A stretch of 64,000 nucleotides of DNA. It comes from a virus. Of this stretch, positions 61,201 to 64,000 are shown piece after piece. A program made the position numbers and the translations under genes. The notes beneath the pieces were generated by a model. The model worked only from the letters and a program-made list of their open reading frames with translations, searched no databases and was not told the DNA's origin. The DNA is taken from positions 1 through 64,000 of the IMG/VR virus record IMGVR_UViG_3300044712_000792; one strand, written 5' to 3'. The stretch's first letter is position 1, and the number at the start of each line of letters is the position of its first letter.

Positions 61201-62328
61201 ATCAACTTCAAGCAATCTTAATGTAGATTTTAGGCTTGATACTCTTCCTTTTAGTTTAAGTAATGGGAATAAATATCTAGCTTGCCAACGCCATATTTCA
61301 GAGTTTTGAGTTAAAGTACTCCAACCCAAATTTCTTAACAAGTAAGGAAGCCAACCATCAGGACATTCTAAATAATCAATTAGTGCTAATAAATCCCCAT
61401 CTGTATATACGCCTTGATAGAAAGTTGTTACGCTATCCCAAAAGCCATTTAGGTGTTGGTAGTTATCTGTTTCTTTATAGATTGAAGGGATATACCTAAA
61501 CATTTGTTTCTTGAACTTATAGTATTTCCCAAAATCATCATTATATGAAATTGTCTGTAAAGGCATTTCTGTTTCACCAGAAGTAGTAAATGGTTCATAT
61601 GCTGGTGAATATGCGTAAACACTTACAGGACAACCAGTTTTCCAAGTGTGGTTAGTAAGGACATTTAATACTCCGCTTTGTGGCGAAGTAAATACAACAT
61701 CAAAAGTTGTAGTGTTATCAACAATCGTATATGTAGCAGACAATTCTTTACCATAGAAATCCGTTATAGTAAGACCGAAATATTGATTGTAGGCAAAGTC
61801 AATAGTCCAAGTTGCTTCTGCTGTGTTCTGCGTATGTTCGTGAATTGACACACTTGCAGAAGAAAAATATGTCATACTGTTATTAAGGAAGTCATAAGGA
61901 GGTGTGACATAAGTAGGGTAAATAACTTCAAGACTATATCTGCTAATCTTCTGAACCCTATAGATTTCAGCACCTATTAAGGCTACAAAATCAACAGGCA
62001 TATTTGAAGTATCTGTATAAATGATTGTGTCACCATTTACAAAGTCATCAGTCAAATAAGTAACTGGAACAAAATCTCCTTCTACTTTGAAATAACAGAT
62101 TGGGGCATATCCAGTTGTCCCTGGTATCATACGCCAAGCATATTCATCTGTGGCATCAAGTTCAGAGTATAGAACATACTTTTCTGAATAATACATCTCT
62201 TCATCATACATTTTTAAGTAACCTGTTGCTGGAAGCTTTTCTATATCTTCTTCATACAACACAGCCATAATGTTGCTTTTATGATAAACAAGAGTAAAAT
62301 TCTTTTGAGTAATTTCTATTGCATTCAT
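58291..62328 (-). CDS. Large baseplate wedge/tail protein (P2 gpI/T4 gp7-like core plus Ig-like domains)
   Basis: CPDGWLPYLLRNLGW...LKLKGRVSSLKSTLRLL; Thr-rich beta domains; VVDASANPIENV...TNTSGLA...GAYTFKAVKNGY. Confidence 0.75.
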   Translation of the reverse strand: MNAIEITQKNFTLVYHKSNIMAVLYEEDIEKLPATGYLKMYDEEMYYSEKYVLYSELDATDEYAWRMIPGTTGYAPICYFKVEGDFVPVTYLTDDFVNGDTIIYTDTSNMPVDFVALIGAEIYRVQKISRYSLEVIYPTYVTPPYDFLNNSMTYFSSASVSIHEHTQNTAEATWTIDFAYNQYFGLTITDFYGKELSATYTIVDNTTTFDVVFTSPQSGVLNVLTNHTWKTGCPVSVYAYSPAYEPFTTSGETEMPLQTISYNDDFGKYYKFKKQMFRYIPSIYKETDNYQHLNGFWDSVTTFYQGVYTDGDLLALIDYLECPDGWLPYLLRNLGWSTLTQNSEIWRWQARYLFPLLKLKGRVSSLKSTLRLLEVDFDYKEKWRSETSELIECLPEPDSNVNANYEVSLTTPVTLTLDDTTPYNKATIDQPLDIDIINYYLQDSRKQLIDLTSATPSGTETILTYNTAETIDGTATIATFRPFYFDDIVLELDYNDYKIYGKNLALTYPWAKDVFIAPNMPMIGVFTKYGDVLDTTISNLTLDSNFYVPIKPTATLQVTTATGGNIVAGSYRFGYMVMYASGGISELIQSATITAASNFSATLTVTANADWDKVMFFRTPNNSGAEFYRIMSTGTTVVPMIPKNETMVITATCNAAGDSSTVTEVDFKTGILGVHSTAASSYDTTYIPYFQLSQSDRLSPTHRILDYKPCDGKTVLFVAPEIDNDAWGDSLWEGSSATISSVDYTVTKSYKSSYYDTSQATGITTYEANNFSLTSRNGTYTITAENGLYKLVTDVSAYPVSMDVYVNGANTTYSFTAPSSASNIVTLSGVVNGLGIGKNAYVHIISKTNDSGTVDFNRYVKIDTTTATGNFSIDVEDANVYTLQCFVYPTQTNYYSFIIDGTPQPAPITVNTNTDKGVTITANVLTSAASGVISVVDASANPIENVDLVSELSHYNTDDVVGVFRTNTSGLANFTLNPGAYTFKAVKNGYKFTYPATTSSYVITTTGTMEATAGDTYTIGTTAATGTLTTTLSGTVAFFTVVGIPSVSGNLIRISGTGTATAGYDTISPSPTTITPLALTKTITSIGTTQTFVITATVDTSSYIVTGEILKDSVVLSSANMYNGSVIEISGSYIDVEPNTTIEFNNVYDGVLSFRSNQSAVYYCDIEDYWGMNKWKNGYFVDTSDSYTMIKNSYLNMVNLQKNYGTTSFSGSIYLKVPAEGDCLFVDKDGFYNRKWYGKLGGLTRIPVTINEPKQCLGVFSILGEVLYVNSIEQGIFKNISVFVNDVDLFASGTFGSLSKLHTSMSTTIDLISYLIAGENIIKVVLFPKYQGEYQVMQQVFVLEI

Positions 62329-62331
62329 CTA

Positions 62332-63399
62332 TTATTTCCTTGCTTTAAGTATTATATTACGTTGCCTTACTGATGCATGTTCTTTTCCGTATTTTGTGAG
62401 TTTAGCCCCATTGTTTATTAAAATGTCAATAAGGTTATCATAACCCTGATATATTACCCAATCCAACAATGTCTTACCTTCATATTTTGTATTTACATCG
62501 CCACCGTTTTTCAGCATTATTGAAAGTGCCCAACTATTTGTGTTTGTTATAACTAACTTTGTTAATAGTGGTTGACTACCAACCTTCATATTAGGTATGT
62601 CTACCCCATTGGTTTTAGCGGTTTTAACAATATTTTCAATAATAATAACAGGTAAATAATGCACAAGAAGATAATAAAATTCCATTGGAAATTTTGCCGC
62701 TAAAAATGCGTATACTTGTTCTGGCACTTCTTCCAAATTATCCACACCATCAACATAGTTATTTCTATCAAAGAATAAAACACTTTCATCGCTAGATATG
62801 TTAATAAAATACATAGTATAAAGGTCTTTTTTGTTTTGACATAGAATCAAATGTTCGTCTTGGTCTTGAACATATTCATAAAACCAATTTCTATCAACAT
62901 CAGGAATACCAATACAAAAAGCACTAACCTTTTTATCACTAGACTTTTTAGCATATTCCCTTTGTGGTTGCCCAAAAAAGATAGCAGCTTCAGGCTTAAA
63001 CAGGTCTATAAAGTAATAATCTTTTGTTTCAAATAACAACTTTGCTTCAGATGGAAATTTCTTAAGTCCAATACCCACAAAATCAGCAGGACTTTTAAAT
63101 TTGTTAAGCTGTTCAAGAATTTTTTGTTCTGCTGTCTTGAAATCAGAATACATTTTGTTGCTTATATCTTTAACTAAAAGCTTTGGGTTGTTCTTGTTTT
63201 GTTCCAATACTTTTATGAAATCAGTTATATTGTCCATTTCAATCTTTTGCGTTTTATGCCATTCAGCAATCCTAGCAAAATATTTATGCTGAATACCAGT
63301 TGGGTCCAGGTCCTCATATAAACTAATTTCTCTAGGAGTTAGGTTAAACTTCTTAATAGCATTTTTTACAATTGCGGATTCTACTATGTATTGTTTCAT
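62332..63399 (-). CDS. WCIG-domain (giant-protein N-terminus homolog) fused to ankyrin repeats
   Basis: HKYFARI..WHK, LFETKDYYFI, FCIG; C-terminal LKNGGDVN...GKTLLD...LINNGAK. Confidence 0.75.
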   Translation of the reverse strand: MKQYIVESAIVKNAIKKFNLTPREISLYEDLDPTGIQHKYFARIAEWHKTQKIEMDNITDFIKVLEQNKNNPKLLVKDISNKMYSDFKTAEQKILEQLNKFKSPADFVGIGLKKFPSEAKLLFETKDYYFIDLFKPEAAIFFGQPQREYAKKSSDKKVSAFCIGIPDVDRNWFYEYVQDQDEHLILCQNKKDLYTMYFINISSDESVLFFDRNNYVDGVDNLEEVPEQVYAFLAAKFPMEFYYLLVHYLPVIIIENIVKTAKTNGVDIPNMKVGSQPLLTKLVITNTNSWALSIMLKNGGDVNTKYEGKTLLDWVIYQGYDNLIDILINNGAKLTKYGKEHASVRQRNIILKARK

Positions 63400-63944
63400 T
63401 CGTCTACCCCTGCGTATTTATCTAACAAATTTCTAATTGGGAAGTAATTAATGTGATTTTTCAGCTCGTCCAAAGAATTATAATCCTCTTCTTCCACAAC
63501 AGCACCATTTTCAAGTAATAATCTAACCATCTCTACATTCATATTCCAAATAGCGAAAGTTAAAGGCCCTGAACCACTCCTATTTTTTACATTAACATTA
63601 CAACCTAAATTGAACATCATTTTTGCTATCTTAAAAATAAGATTCTCGTCATCTTTGTTGACCCCTCGTTTCCCAACCAACATACTTATAGATGTTGCAC
63701 CATCAAGAGATTTCTTGTTTACATTTAGCTTAAGCTCTTTGGCATTACGCAATAACAACATAACTATATCATAATACTGATGTTTTATACAAGTTGTAAG
63801 CAATGTGTTACCCCAATCATTCGGAAGTGAAAAATTTACATCTCCGCCATTTTCTATATAAGTAATTACATCCACTAAACAAGGAAGCCCCTGTAATATG
63901 TTTTTTTGTATTTTGTCTTGTAAAGCCTTATGTTCTTCTGTCAT
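63396..63944 (-). CDS. Ankyrin-repeat protein
   Basis: IENGGDVN, GNTLL, GCNVNVKNRSGSGPLTFAI...VRLLLENGA. Confidence 0.9.
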   Translation of the reverse strand: MTEEHKALQDKIQKNILQGLPCLVDVITYIENGGDVNFSLPNDWGNTLLTTCIKHQYYDIVMLLLRNAKELKLNVNKKSLDGATSISMLVGKRGVNKDDENLIFKIAKMMFNLGCNVNVKNRSGSGPLTFAIWNMNVEMVRLLLENGAVVEEEDYNSLDELKNHINYFPIRNLLDKYAGVDE

Positions 63945-64000
63945 TCCGTTGGCCTATAATATTTTATTACCAAGCTTGAAATCCTTTGTGGGAGATAACT

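Noticed and set aside
558-63292. Short antisense or nested ORFs in the track (e.g. 558..818, 6119..6565, 25640..26125, 34407..35048, 57947..58327)
   Set aside because: Shadows of longer well-supported genes with no motifs of their own
37522-63944. Bacterial T6SS or extracellular contractile injection system with ankyrin immunity genes
   Set aside because: Contiguous with a phage replication region and includes a gp15-like gene; no TssJLM, ClpV or Afp15-type ATPase seen
1-64000. Stop-codon reassignment
   Set aside because: Core genes are full length in the standard code with dense packing; the tRNA is Gln(UUG), not a suppressor

Overview
AT-rich, densely coding segment of a large lytic-type myovirus genome with T4-like core genes; no host chromosomal genes, rRNA, integrase or CRISPR array are evident. 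Bases 1-37.5 kb are almost all + strand. They carry dispersed replication, recombination and nucleotide genes (SbcC/gp46, DnaB/gp41 helicase, DHH phosphoesterase, dUTPase, RNA ligase, 5'-3' exonuclease, SbcD/gp47, HD hydrolase, primase, ATP-dependent ligase, two nucleotidyltransferases, two glycosyltransferases, C5 methyltransferase, DEDDh exonuclease). Also present are an outer-membrane beta-barrel, GIY-YIG and HNH endonucleases, a tRNA-Gln with non-canonical loops, an AT-hook/zinc-ribbon/sigma-like regulator and many small ORFs, punctuated by a recurrent TTATTRTGTRTTTGTTTTAWWAAT promoter-like motif. Bases 37.5-64 kb are a minus-strand contractile-tail module (gp15-like, gp25, hub, gp5 spike, gpI/gp7-like wedge). 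The most unusual feature is in this module: five paralogous stand-alone ankyrin genes are interleaved between the structural genes, and an oppositely oriented tandem triad of about 1400-aa paralogous proteins splits the baseplate operon. A fourth gene fuses the triad's N-terminal 'WCIG' domain to ankyrin repeats, linking the two families into one candidate virion-cargo or effector system. All family calls come from motifs read by eye; no searches were run.
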